Source of the DNA: a virus
Lineage: Duplodnaviria; Caudoviricetes
Length of the DNA: 64,000 nucleotides
Reading direction: 5' to 3' (one strand)
IMG/VR virus record: IMGVR_UViG_3300035498_000698
Location: 7,863 to 71,862 of that record
Part shown: piece by piece, positions 19,034 to 29,010 of the stretch
How the letters are laid out: every line of letters begins with the position of its first letter
How positions within the stretch are numbered: the first letter of the stretch is position 1
Notes under the pieces: generated by a model
What the model was told of the DNA's origin: nothing
Seen by the model: only the letters and a program-made list of their open reading frames with translations
Database searches by the model: none
Program-made: the position numbers and the translations under genes

Positions 19034-19282
19034 TTATCTAATATCCACATGAAATGAAGATAAAATAAATAATATAGAAATACCAATTTTCCATTTTACA
19101 TTAAGGGGTAAACAAAAAATGGTAAAAATTGATGCGGCAATACCTATTCCATTAAGTCTTAAAATTATTCGTTTATTTTCATTCATCTTCCGCAATCTTT
19201 TTGTTTTATGATTTGGCACACATGAAGATGAATAAAAACCTTTTATTAATTTAGAATCAGTCTTTCCAGTGATAATTTTCAT
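19034..19282 (-). CDS. small membrane protein
   Basis: Two C-terminal hydrophobic segments. Confidence 0.5.
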   Translation of the reverse strand: MKIITGKTDSKLIKGFYSSSCVPNHKTKRLRKMNENKRIILRLNGIGIAASIFTIFCLPLNVKWKIGISILFILSSFHVDIR

Positions 19283-19310
19283 TTATTACCTCATATTCTT
19301 TCTACTCAAA

Positions 19311-19703
19311 TCAAAAATTAAACTTTTCTTCAAAAACTCTTTTATCTACTAAGACGTTGTTCCAATTTTTAATCTCGGTATATGGATGTTCCTTTTGCCA
19401 TACTTTAAGATCTTTTACAATAAAATGATCAATAATATCAAAAGAAAAGTGCCAATCAACATAAGAAAACCATGTCGCATAATCAAAATAAAAATCTTTA
19501 TAATATCCAGTTTTTTTATCATACATACGAATAATTACACGAAGAATACCATCAGAGTTGTCAAGGAATTTTTCCCATCGAGCTCCAATCTGTCGTGCTA
19601 CGAATCTACCTTGCCAAAGTTCATCAGTCTCTATAGCATGGTTATATTCTCTAATTTTTTTATTAAGTTTGCGCTGATATTTTTTACGCATTTTATCCAT
19701 CAT
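19311..19703 (-). CDS. hypothetical protein
   Basis: 130-aa ORF downstream of promoter 19736-19764. Confidence 0.6.
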   Translation of the reverse strand: MMDKMRKKYQRKLNKKIREYNHAIETDELWQGRFVARQIGARWEKFLDNSDGILRVIIRMYDKKTGYYKDFYFDYATWFSYVDWHFSFDIIDHFIVKDLKVWQKEHPYTEIKNWNNVLVDKRVFEEKFNF

Positions 19704-19760
19704 AGATATATCACCTTCCTTTTATTTATATAAATATTATATAATATTTTTAATAAAAAA

Positions 19761-19981
19761 TCAAGAAAATTCTTTATATCCTTCTAATTTTAATTCTGCT
19801 AAATCTGAAAAATCAAAAGTTCCTTCAAAATATTTTTCTTCAGCTTTTTCATCAAGATAATTCCAAAGACTATCATAATAATATTCCCAATTTATTACTC
19901 CTCCTTGACCAAGAGCAATAAATCTTTCCTTATTTCAAGCAAAATTAATAATTCTTCCTCTGAAATAATATAATTTTTCAT
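19761..19981 (-). pseudogene. frameshifted small gene (MKNYIISEEELL..LE / ERFIALGQGGVINWEYYYDSL..)
   Basis: 221 nt from ATG (coupled to the upstream TGA) to TGA, one base short of 74 codons; the two halves read as one protein after a single-base shift. Confidence 0.6.
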
Positions 19982-20787
19982 AATTTAGTAGGAACCTCAC
20001 TTTCCATAAAATCTGTTAATTCAACAGCATAATCGTTAAATAACATTAACCTGCGGCGGCCGTCTGTACGTGGATAGTTACGATATTGGTGATAATGACC
20101 CCAGCACCATGCGCGATAGTCAAGATTATATTCAATTCCGCCAAGATATCTTTCCATTGTTTTATCTACCATTGATTGATCTACAACAGATAAAAATAAA
20201 TCAGTTGGTTCAAACATAATTGGACAAGTATGTGAAAGAACTAAATCACAAGTCCAATTACTAGCTGTCAATAAAGAAAGTCCACGATTTCTCTCTCTTT
20301 CTGATAATTGTTCTTGTTCAAACCAACTAAATCCTTTTTGCAATCTATAAAATTTATCAATAGAATAAGCACCAGGAATTGTGAGGACTTTTAAAACATC
20401 TTTATTATAAGATTTATATGGAATTTCATAAAAAGTTACATAATCCATTGCATATTTAATATATGGATAGTCATTTTCTACCCAAACATATCCATTCCAA
20501 AATTTTTCTACATGCCAATTCTCTTGATGTTTTTCAGCAACAATACTAGGTCTTTCTTCATGATTTCCGCGTATAATAAAATATGTAAGTGGATATTTAC
20601 CTAATTTCTTTTTAAAATTTTCATCTCGGTGATTAAAAAAATAATTTGCGCCAAAATCTCCTAATACAATAAGTACATTTTCTGTGCTTTCTTGATCTTT
20701 ATATAAGGATGGATTCCGTTGACAAAAATTTTGAACTGGATGAAAATCTCCATGTAAGTCACCAATTAAATAAATTTTTTGTTCCAT
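19978..20787 (-). CDS. calcineurin-like metallophosphoesterase
   Basis: GDLHG, LGDFG, RGNHEER, SHTCP, GHYH. Confidence 0.9.
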   Translation of the reverse strand: MEQKIYLIGDLHGDFHPVQNFCQRNPSLYKDQESTENVLIVLGDFGANYFFNHRDENFKKKLGKYPLTYFIIRGNHEERPSIVAEKHQENWHVEKFWNGYVWVENDYPYIKYAMDYVTFYEIPYKSYNKDVLKVLTIPGAYSIDKFYRLQKGFSWFEQEQLSERERNRGLSLLTASNWTCDLVLSHTCPIMFEPTDLFLSVVDQSMVDKTMERYLGGIEYNLDYRAWCWGHYHQYRNYPRTDGRRRLMLFNDYAVELTDFMESEVPTKL

Positions 20788-20811
20788 TATTATTTTTCCT
20801 TTTCTTTTTTC

Positions 20812-21261
20812 TTATTTGCTTAAATATTCCATTACGACTTTATTAATTAATTTACCATCTGCTTTGCCTTTTAAAATTGGCATAATTAATTTCATAGCTT
20901 TGCCTTTATCAGATGGAGAATTAATCTCTGGATGATCTTTAAGAATATAATCTACTTCCTGTAGGATATCACATTCATCCATCATCTTTGGCGCAAAATC
21001 ATCAATATAACCCATACATACTTTATATGCTTCTAAAATATCAGGTCTATTTGCAGGACAAGTATCAATCTGCTCTTGGCAAATCTTCTTTGATTTAAGA
21101 ATTGCCACATCTACAATCTCTTCTGTGATATTATCTTTTGTACCTGCGGCGATCGCCATATTTTTCGCACAAGTAATCATATCTGCAATTACATTTTTTC
21201 TTATGCGATTTTTATCTTTCATAGATTTAACTAATTCATTTTGTAATGCTTTAAAAGTCAT
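20812..21261 (-). CDS. GatB/YqeY-domain protein
   Basis: LQNELVKSMKDK.. and DKGKAMKLIMPILKGKADGKLINKVV pattern. Confidence 0.85.
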   Translation of the reverse strand: MTFKALQNELVKSMKDKNRIRKNVIADMITCAKNMAIAAGTKDNITEEIVDVAILKSKKICQEQIDTCPANRPDILEAYKVCMGYIDDFAPKMMDECDILQEVDYILKDHPEINSPSDKGKAMKLIMPILKGKADGKLINKVVMEYLSK

Positions 21262-21473
21262 GTTCTATTCACCTTTCTTTCTTCTTCTAAATCTTCATAT
21301 TCACCTAATTTATTTACAATTTCTTCAAAAGGACAATCTCTACATGGACTATGCTCTAAATAGTATCCATAAAAGCTAAAACTGTTCATCCATTTTTCTG
21401 CTTTACATTCTTTAATTCTACATGGATAATTGTCTTTTTTTCTTGTTAATCTTGTCATTTTTCTTTTCCTCAT
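21258..21473 (-). CDS. hypothetical protein
   Basis: 71-aa ORF ending KLGEYEDLEE. Confidence 0.55.
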   Translation of the reverse strand: MRKRKMTRLTRKKDNYPCRIKECKAEKWMNSFSFYGYYLEHSPCRDCPFEEIVNKLGEYEDLEEERKVNRT

Positions 21474-21483
21474 ATATTATATT

Positions 21484-22518
21484 TTATAATGATAATGCTT
21501 CTGCTTTAAGCTCTGGTTGAGTAATTTTAATATAAGTGCCTTTCATTCCCATATTAGAAACAGTCGCAACTCCACATTCTTTTAATTTTACCATTAAGTT
21601 ATTATAAACAGGGCGGGAAATAGAATGTTTTGCTACTAATTTTGAAATAGTAATATTACCTTCATCATGGATTTCAGAAACAATAGAATAATAAGCTTTA
21701 GTTTCTGCGTTAGTTAAATTCTTAAAAAATTCTTCTTTAGAAGAAGCATCATGTTGAATTTCAACAAAAGAAGATTTAAGAATTTCTATTACTCCATTAT
21801 TAAGTGCGGCAATCGCGTCTTCATGGCACGGAGAGTCCACGTCCATGTATTTATCATTTAATTCTAAAACTTTCGATTTGAGCTCTTCGGCACGAATGAG
21901 CTTGGTTTCCGCATCCCATCCAAGTTTATCATATTTCATATTATATAAAAATTCATGCTTATCTTTTGAAATTAAACAATCTGAATAGTCTAATTCAGAA
22001 AAATAATCTTCAAGAAAATAATATAATCTATAAGCATTGTATAACTTTTTATCATCTGTTGGGTCTTGTCTTAATGTATGAAGTAATTGTCCACCAATAG
22101 AATTAATAGTTTTTTGTCTATCAAAATGAGCAATTTCTTCCCTATTATTTATAAAATAACTATCCCATAATTTTTTATATTTTGGATTAATTATAAAATA
22201 ATCTGTAAATAAAATCTCTAAATAGTTGATATTTTGCTTCATAAACATTTCTCTTAGAAGTCGAATATCTTTTACTTCAATATGTTCTCCGTTAGTTAGA
22301 TGCAGCTCTTTTGAGATTTCACTTTTATTTAAACAAAACTCTTCAAAAGTAGGAAGTATAATTATTTTACTATCTACATCGCTATGTTCGTTTGCCATAT
22401 TATAATTTTGAGATCCATATAGCCAGATTCCTAAAAATCTATCTTCATTATATCCTTGATTAGCCGCATATTCCCAGTGTTCTTTAAGTTTGTTTAAGAT
22501 TTTTTCTTTATTGGTCAT
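21484..22518 (-). CDS. Pol-beta-superfamily nucleotidyltransferase fused to a CodY-type C-terminal wHTH
   Basis: YGSQNY..SDVDSK NTase motif; C-terminal ISRPVYNNLMVKLKECGV..SNMGMKGTYIKI matches the CodY HTH (..SLGMKGTYIKV). Confidence 0.8.
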   Translation of the reverse strand: MTNKEKILNKLKEHWEYAANQGYNEDRFLGIWLYGSQNYNMANEHSDVDSKIIILPTFEEFCLNKSEISKELHLTNGEHIEVKDIRLLREMFMKQNINYLEILFTDYFIINPKYKKLWDSYFINNREEIAHFDRQKTINSIGGQLLHTLRQDPTDDKKLYNAYRLYYFLEDYFSELDYSDCLISKDKHEFLYNMKYDKLGWDAETKLIRAEELKSKVLELNDKYMDVDSPCHEDAIAALNNGVIEILKSSFVEIQHDASSKEEFFKNLTNAETKAYYSIVSEIHDEGNITISKLVAKHSISRPVYNNLMVKLKECGVATVSNMGMKGTYIKITQPELKAEALSL

Positions 22519-22653
22519 ATTTTCCTCTTTCTTATCTTTTCTATAAGTATTATATCAAAAATTTTATTAAAAATCAATTTAAAAATATTCGGTCTTCTTT
22601 ATTTAATTCTATTGAATAAATTTTAAAATATTACAGAAAAGGAGGAACTCACT

Positions 22654-22932
22654 ATGCTTAATGGAAGAGTTGGTCAAGTTTTAGGCCCCTTTGATGCCAC
22701 AGATTTATTAAGTGAAGAAGGAGCGATATCAATTTTTACTCCTGAAACAACAGCTCCTATTCTAACTAAATTAGGTATACAAACGACACCAGGTACAATT
22801 GTAAAAATCAATAACGCTGAAATAAAAATAGGTAAGACAGGGATGTATGAATTAGATGAAGTAGTTTCTGTTAAACAGCTTATTTTTCCTAATGGAGCGG
22901 ATGCTGATACAATTGTAGACTTTGTATACTAA
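22654..22932 (+). CDS. hypothetical (virion module) protein
   Basis: SD GGAGG; first gene of the plus-strand structural block. Confidence 0.6.
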   Translation: MLNGRVGQVLGPFDATDLLSEEGAISIFTPETTAPILTKLGIQTTPGTIVKINNAEIKIGKTGMYELDEVVSVKQLIFPNGADADTIVDFVY

Positions 22933-22951
22933 TATATAAAGGGAGTAAGAA

Positions 22952-23452
22952 ATGAGTAGTTTCTATGGAAGCTATTGTGGCACAAGTGGCAGTGCTAATG
23001 GCACCTCTGATTACAATGATCTATTAAACAAACCTTTTACTAATATAGTAGGAACTTTATCTTCTCCTATTGTTTTAAATAATTTGGATTATGGAAACTA
23101 TATGTTAAAAGGAAGTTTTATTTACACAAGTAAGGATAAAGATATAAAATCTGTAAGTTATCAAAATTATATTGAGATTGTTCAAGATGCGGTATCTTTA
23201 AAGAAAGTTGCTAAATATGAGACTTTTGAAGATGGAAAATTTTATATTTATTCAATATATTTTAATGATGACAATACTTGCTTGTTAGATAAAATGTCTA
23301 TTTCTAAATCAGAGGGAACTATATTTTTAAATGAGGAAGATTTACCTGAAGAAGGTATTGAATCTATTCTCTATGTAACGGAACTCGCAATATATCAATG
23401 GAAAAATGGCGAGTGGGTGAATATGAGAGATCCATTATGGGCAACTCTCTAA
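22952..23452 (+). CDS. hypothetical (virion module) protein
   Basis: DYNDLLNKP fibre-type motif; ends in LWATL. Confidence 0.6.
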   Translation: MSSFYGSYCGTSGSANGTSDYNDLLNKPFTNIVGTLSSPIVLNNLDYGNYMLKGSFIYTSKDKDIKSVSYQNYIEIVQDAVSLKKVAKYETFEDGKFYIYSIYFNDDNTCLLDKMSISKSEGTIFLNEEDLPEEGIESILYVTELAIYQWKNGEWVNMRDPLWATL

Positions 23453-23492
23453 AAATGTTTTTTATTTTATTAATAAAATGAAGGAGAAAACA

Positions 23493-25208
23493 ATGGCTTT
23501 AAATGTAAAATTTATTAAAGGTACTGCTGCGCAGTACGAAGCTTTAGGCGTAAAAGATGCTAATTCCTTTTATTATATTGATGGAAGTCAGTTATATTTA
23601 GGCGGAATTAAGTTGTCTAATAGTGACGAGGTGGCAGCTGCAGTTGCAAGAGTTGGACAAAATGAAACAGATATCAAAACACTGCAAGATAATTTAAAAG
23701 CATTAGTTGGTTCTGACACTGGTTCTATTGCCGATATGGTAAAAGCTCTTGAGGATAAATTACAACCTCAAATTACCAGTAATAAAGAAGCTATTGATGC
23801 TATTAATGATACTGATACTGGTATTTTAGCACAAGCTAAAACTTACGCTAAAGCGCAAGCCGATGGAAAAGATAGCGCAATTGCAGCAGCCCAGAAAGCT
23901 GGAGATGATGCTCAAGCTGATGTTAATGCTTTAAAAACAAAAGTTGGTACCATACCAGATGATAAAACAGTTGTAGAAATGATCTCTGATGCGCAAGCCG
24001 CAGCTACTTATAATGATACAGAAGTAAGAGATCTTATTTCTAGTAATACAACTGCTATTGAAAAAGCTCAATCTGATGCAGGCAAAGCTCAAAGTGCAGT
24101 CGACACTTTAGCAGAAAAAGTTGGTGAGCCTACAGAGGGTAAAACAGTAGTTGAAATGATTACTGATACTCAAACAGCTGAAAAGGTTACAATTACTACT
24201 AAAGATACTACTGAAGGATATTTAAAATCTTATACTGTAAGACAAGGCGAGACTCTTGTAGGAGTAATTGATATTCCTAAAGATCTTGTAGTAACAGAAG
24301 GTAAGATTGTTGTAAATCCAGAAGGTCAAACCGCGGGTAAATATATTCAATTAACAATTGCTAATCAGACAAATCCGCTTTATATCAATGTTCAAGACTT
24401 AGTTGATGTATATACTGCGGCGGCTAGCGCGTCTCAAGTTCAGATTGCAATTAGTGATACTAATGAGATTAGTGCAACTATTGTAGCTGGATCTATTGGA
24501 ACTGCTGAATTAGCTGATGGTGCGGTTACGACTGCTAAAATTGCAGATGGCGCAGTAGTAAGAGGAAAATTAGGCAAAGATGTTCAAGAGTCTTTAGACT
24601 TAGCAGATAGCGCGTTACAAGAATCTGATATCTCAGGGCTTAAATCTGATGTTTCTGATATTCAGACTAGTCTTGCTGCAGGTGGAGCTACCGCAGAGGC
24701 AATTGCTGATGCGAAGAAAGCCGGCACTGATGCTCAAGCTAGCGTTACTGCATTAGATAATAAAGTTGGTACTCTTCCAGAAGGAAGCTCAACTGTAATT
24801 GGTTATGTAAATGCCAAAGTAGCTGGCGTAAAAGATTGGACCGATGATATTGCAACCGCTAAATCTGAAGCTATCTCTGCGGCTGCTACTGATGCAACTA
24901 GTAAAGCAAATGCTGCAGAAACCGCAGCTAAGGCTTATGCAGATGGTCTTGCTAAGAACTATGATGCAGCTGGAACAGCACAGAGTTTAATTGAAGGTTT
25001 AGATGTAACTGATACTGAAGTTACAGGTCAGTATGTTTCTGCTGTAGCTGAACAAGATGGTAAAGTTATTGTAAGTAGAACTTCACTTCCAAACTATGAT
25101 AATACCTATGATGCTAAAGGCGCTGCAGATCAAGCTTTAACTTCTGCCAAGTCCTATACAGATGGTAAGGTTGATGAAGCACTTACTTGGACTTCAATGG
25201 CTAGCTGA
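23493..25208 (+). CDS. fibre-like structural protein
   Basis: Ala/Asp/Thr-rich coiled repeats; paralogous to 25294..27078; start moved to 23493 by SD. Confidence 0.7.
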   Translation: MALNVKFIKGTAAQYEALGVKDANSFYYIDGSQLYLGGIKLSNSDEVAAAVARVGQNETDIKTLQDNLKALVGSDTGSIADMVKALEDKLQPQITSNKEAIDAINDTDTGILAQAKTYAKAQADGKDSAIAAAQKAGDDAQADVNALKTKVGTIPDDKTVVEMISDAQAAATYNDTEVRDLISSNTTAIEKAQSDAGKAQSAVDTLAEKVGEPTEGKTVVEMITDTQTAEKVTITTKDTTEGYLKSYTVRQGETLVGVIDIPKDLVVTEGKIVVNPEGQTAGKYIQLTIANQTNPLYINVQDLVDVYTAAASASQVQIAISDTNEISATIVAGSIGTAELADGAVTTAKIADGAVVRGKLGKDVQESLDLADSALQESDISGLKSDVSDIQTSLAAGGATAEAIADAKKAGTDAQASVTALDNKVGTLPEGSSTVIGYVNAKVAGVKDWTDDIATAKSEAISAAATDATSKANAAETAAKAYADGLAKNYDAAGTAQSLIEGLDVTDTEVTGQYVSAVAEQDGKVIVSRTSLPNYDNTYDAKGAADQALTSAKSYTDGKVDEALTWTSMAS

Positions 25209-25293
25209 TAATTAATAAGATTTTTAAGCGGAGACTATTTATATGAATAGTTTCCGCCTATTTTAAATAATATAGTAACTAAAGGAGAAAATT

Positions 25294-27078
25294 ATGGCAT
25301 ATAATGTTAAGTTTTTAAAAGGTACTCAGACAGCTTACGATGCTTTAACAACAAAAGATCCAAATACTTTCTATTATACAGATAGTACTAATTTGTATTT
25401 AGGGGATATAAAATTATCTAACGGATCAGATGTTGCTACAGCATTAGCAAAAATTGGAACTGCAAATACAGATATATCCAATTTAAAAACGGCGGTTGGT
25501 ACATTATCTAGTTTAAATACAACAGAAAAAAGCAATCTGGTTGCCGCAATTAATGAGGTATTAAGTAAGGTAAATGCGGATGCAACTTCTGCGGCAGTCA
25601 CTGTTGAAGAAGATTCCAATTCAGCTTATGCTAAAGTTTATAATGTAAAACAAGGCGGAACTACAGTAGGAACTATTAATATTCCTAAAGATATGGTAGT
25701 TAAATCTGGTACTGTTGAAGTAAATCCAACAGGACAAGACGCGGGTACTTACATTGTTCTTACTCTTGCAAACGCAAGCTCTGATAAGATTTATGTAAAT
25801 GTTGGTTCTCTTGTTGATGTTTATACTGCACAGGCTTCCGCAGCACAGGTTCAGTTAGTTGTTAATTCTTCTACAAGAGAAATCAGCGCAAGTATCGTTG
25901 CGGGATCTATTAGCTCTACAGAATTAGCAAGTGATTCAGTAACTACTGCTAAGATTGCAAATAGTAATGTAACAAAAGCTAAATTAGATTCTTCTGTTCA
26001 GACTTCTCTTGGTAAGGCGGATAGCGCACTTCAAAGTTCCAGTATCACGACTGGTAGCACTAATGGTACAATTGCGGTTAGTGGTACCGACGTATCAGTT
26101 AAAGGACTGGGTTCAGCAGCTTACACTGCAAGCACCGCTTATGATAAATCTGGTGCAGCTTCTGCGGTATTAGGTACTTCAACTGATGCTTCAACCGCTG
26201 CAACCGTATATGGTGCTAAAGCATATGCTAAGAGCTATGCAGATGGACTTGCTGGTAACTATGCAACTGCCGCTCAGGGCGCGAAGGCTGATTCCGCTGT
26301 ACAATCTATAGCAACTGGTACCTCAAATGGTACTATTTCTGTTGATGGTACGGATGTTTCTGTTAAGGGATTAGGTTCCGCTGCATATGAGACTGTGGGT
26401 TCTGCAAATGGTAATGTACCAGTCAATGGATCTGCTCTTGGCACTACAGCAAATGTTCCAGTTGTAACCAATACTAGTGGTCAGTTAATTCCTCATGCTA
26501 GTGGAGCTCTTGGAACTGCGGCATTTGCGGCTAGTAGTTCTTTCGCAACTGCTGCGCAAGGTACTAAAGCTGATACTGCTCTTCAATCATCTAGTATTAC
26601 AGCTGGCACCTCAAATGGTACAATTGCAGTCAGTGGTACTGATGTAGCAGTAACTGGCTTAGGATCTGCGGCATATACAGCATCTAGTGCATATGCAACA
26701 GCAGCTCAAGGTAGTAAGGCTGATAGTTCTGTTCAGAGCGTGTCTCTTGCATCTGGTACTAATAATGGTACAGTTAAATTAACTGTTAATGGAACTGCTA
26801 CAGATAATATCGCAGTTAAAGGTCTTGCTTCTGCGGCTTATAAAACTGCGGGTGCCGCAAGTGGTAATGTACCTTTAAATGGCGCTGCTTTAAGTAAAAC
26901 TGCTAACACCCCTGTTGTAACTGATGCGTCTGGAAACTTAGTTTCCCATGCAAGTGGAGCATTAGGAACTGCTGCTTTCACTGCATCAAGTGCTTATGAT
27001 GCTTCTGGTGCGGCGAACACGGCTTTAACGAACGCGAAGGCTTATACTGATAGTCTTCTTACTTGGGGGACCATCTAA
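25294..27078 (+). CDS. fibre-like structural protein with internal repeats
   Basis: Four QG.KAD...GT.NGT..V.G......GL.SAAY repeats. Confidence 0.7.
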   Translation: MAYNVKFLKGTQTAYDALTTKDPNTFYYTDSTNLYLGDIKLSNGSDVATALAKIGTANTDISNLKTAVGTLSSLNTTEKSNLVAAINEVLSKVNADATSAAVTVEEDSNSAYAKVYNVKQGGTTVGTINIPKDMVVKSGTVEVNPTGQDAGTYIVLTLANASSDKIYVNVGSLVDVYTAQASAAQVQLVVNSSTREISASIVAGSISSTELASDSVTTAKIANSNVTKAKLDSSVQTSLGKADSALQSSSITTGSTNGTIAVSGTDVSVKGLGSAAYTASTAYDKSGAASAVLGTSTDASTAATVYGAKAYAKSYADGLAGNYATAAQGAKADSAVQSIATGTSNGTISVDGTDVSVKGLGSAAYETVGSANGNVPVNGSALGTTANVPVVTNTSGQLIPHASGALGTAAFAASSSFATAAQGTKADTALQSSSITAGTSNGTIAVSGTDVAVTGLGSAAYTASSAYATAAQGSKADSSVQSVSLASGTNNGTVKLTVNGTATDNIAVKGLASAAYKTAGAASGNVPLNGAALSKTANTPVVTDASGNLVSHASGALGTAAFTASSAYDASGAANTALTNAKAYTDSLLTWGTI

Positions 27079-27257
27079 AGATCTTTCTATTAGTTTGGTA
27101 TTTTTTCTTTAATTGATTTTTAATTATTTTCATTTTTTAATGAAAAAAAGAGATATTAAATGAAAAAATAAATTTTAATTGCTCTTTGTAATTTTTTAAT
27201 TGCAAAGAGCAATTTTTTATTAGATTCTATTTTTATAAAAAAAAGGAGATATAAAAA

Positions 27258-28655
27258 ATGGCACTTTTTCAGCCCTATAAAATAGATGACTCTAATTTAT
27301 CTTCTTTACCAATAAAAGAAGGGCAATATATTCTTACCACAGGTGGAAAAGCGTATTTTGATAATAGTGATACAAGCCGTATACAGTTATTTCCAGACGC
27401 TATAAAAAGTTTAAGTGTAAGCGGAAAAGTTATTACTTATACAAAAATGGATGGAACAACTGGAACTATTACTACTCAAGATAACAATACTTGGACTGCG
27501 AACTCAGCAACTGCTAATGGATATGTAACATCTGGAGAGGGGCAATACAATAAAGTTTGGAAAACTGACTCTACCGGAGCTCCTGCCTGGAGAGAAAATA
27601 AAGTATTACTTGATGAAAAAACTTATACTGGAATTTATGGATCTGCAAATGATTTTGCAAATGCAACTTTTTATTTTGGAACTGTTCGTCCAACAGATTT
27701 TTATAAAGAATGGCATGTAAAGTATCGTATTACAGCTTTTGTTCCAGATCAAAATAATTATAATGGACATTTTGAAGTAAATCTATATGGTTCTCAAAAT
27801 GCAAGAACAGCATATAAATGTACAAATGCACATTATAGTACTTCATATTTATTATTATATTATCATGTTCTTTACTCTCTTACTTCTACTGGTTATACGA
27901 ATGGTTATGGACATGCAATTGGTATTGGATTACGTAATAGCACAAATCCTACTTCATCTAGTTATCCTAGAACTTTTATTATTGATATTATTGAAGCTGA
28001 CAACTGTATTGTTACTATGTTTGATAATATGATTAAATATGAATCCCTTCCTGGAACAGGCTCAACAAATTATAGTGGATATACTGAATATAATGGGCAT
28101 AATAATGGATTACAAGAAACTGGTGATGACAATAATGTTGATCGTTTATTAGCAACCACTGGAAGTATTTATGCTGGAACTAATGGAATATATGGATATA
28201 ATTTAATTATGCAAGATACTACAGGGGCATATCAAGCATTAACTACTAAACGTTCAATTGAGACTACTAAAACAAAGAATACTACTGGATTTTTACCATA
28301 TCATTTATATTATTATAATTTAGGATCAGCTATAACTTCAGGGCAAGGTACAGCTGGATATACAATATACGATTCTTTACCTATAGATTTTAGATATTCT
28401 TCAAATTGTGGAAATACTCTTACTCCATATAAACAATTATATTTAAAAGGTACAATTGTAAATGGATTATTTTATCTTGCAGATACATGGTGGACTCAAG
28501 AGCTTCCAACTTCTGAAGATGGCTTTGTATATATGTATATAGGAATTACATATAGTAATTATCAAGTGCAATTAGTTACTAATAATCCGATTTATGAATA
28601 TAGAAATGGGTATTTACAATTATATAATGAAAAATTGACTTGGATAGATGATTAA
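27258..28655 (+). CDS. fibre/receptor-binding-like protein
   Basis: N-terminal docking-like domain shared with 28748 ORF; Tyr/Thr/Gly-rich body. Confidence 0.6.
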   Translation: MALFQPYKIDDSNLSSLPIKEGQYILTTGGKAYFDNSDTSRIQLFPDAIKSLSVSGKVITYTKMDGTTGTITTQDNNTWTANSATANGYVTSGEGQYNKVWKTDSTGAPAWRENKVLLDEKTYTGIYGSANDFANATFYFGTVRPTDFYKEWHVKYRITAFVPDQNNYNGHFEVNLYGSQNARTAYKCTNAHYSTSYLLLYYHVLYSLTSTGYTNGYGHAIGIGLRNSTNPTSSSYPRTFIIDIIEADNCIVTMFDNMIKYESLPGTGSTNYSGYTEYNGHNNGLQETGDDNNVDRLLATTGSIYAGTNGIYGYNLIMQDTTGAYQALTTKRSIETTKTKNTTGFLPYHLYYYNLGSAITSGQGTAGYTIYDSLPIDFRYSSNCGNTLTPYKQLYLKGTIVNGLFYLADTWWTQELPTSEDGFVYMYIGITYSNYQVQLVTNNPIYEYRNGYLQLYNEKLTWIDD

Positions 28656-28747
28656 TGGACAAAATAAATAAATCTTTTTATTGTTCTTTTAATAAAATTA
28701 AAAGAAATAAAGATTTAGATATATAAGAAAGGAGAATATTAGCAGAA

Positions 28748-28993
28748 ATGGGTGCAGTATTTAAACCTTATAGAACTGATGAATCAAGATTAGATTTGCT
28801 TCAGAAAAAAGAGGGTCAATGGATAGTTACAAATCAAGGAAAAATTTATTGCGATATTAGTGATACTGAACGTATTTTATTATTTTCAGATGCAACTAAA
28901 GATATTTCGATAGATGGATCTACTATTATAGTTACTAAAGAGGATGGTAGCGTTTCTAGTTTACCTATAACTCAATTAGTATGGAGTGAATAA
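28748..28993 (+). CDS. small stand-alone fibre N-terminal domain protein
   Basis: Aligns by eye to the first ~70 aa of 27258..28655. Confidence 0.6.
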   Translation: MGAVFKPYRTDESRLDLLQKKEGQWIVTNQGKIYCDISDTERILLFSDATKDISIDGSTIIVTKEDGSVSSLPITQLVWSE

Positions 28994-29010
28994 AAGGAGA
29001 AAATAAAATA

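Noticed and set aside
3600-21379. Plus-strand ORFs opposite the minus-strand genes (e.g. 6489, 6987, 13441, 17411, 18721, 19386, 21125)
   Set aside because: Antisense shadows of well-supported genes, without SD or motifs
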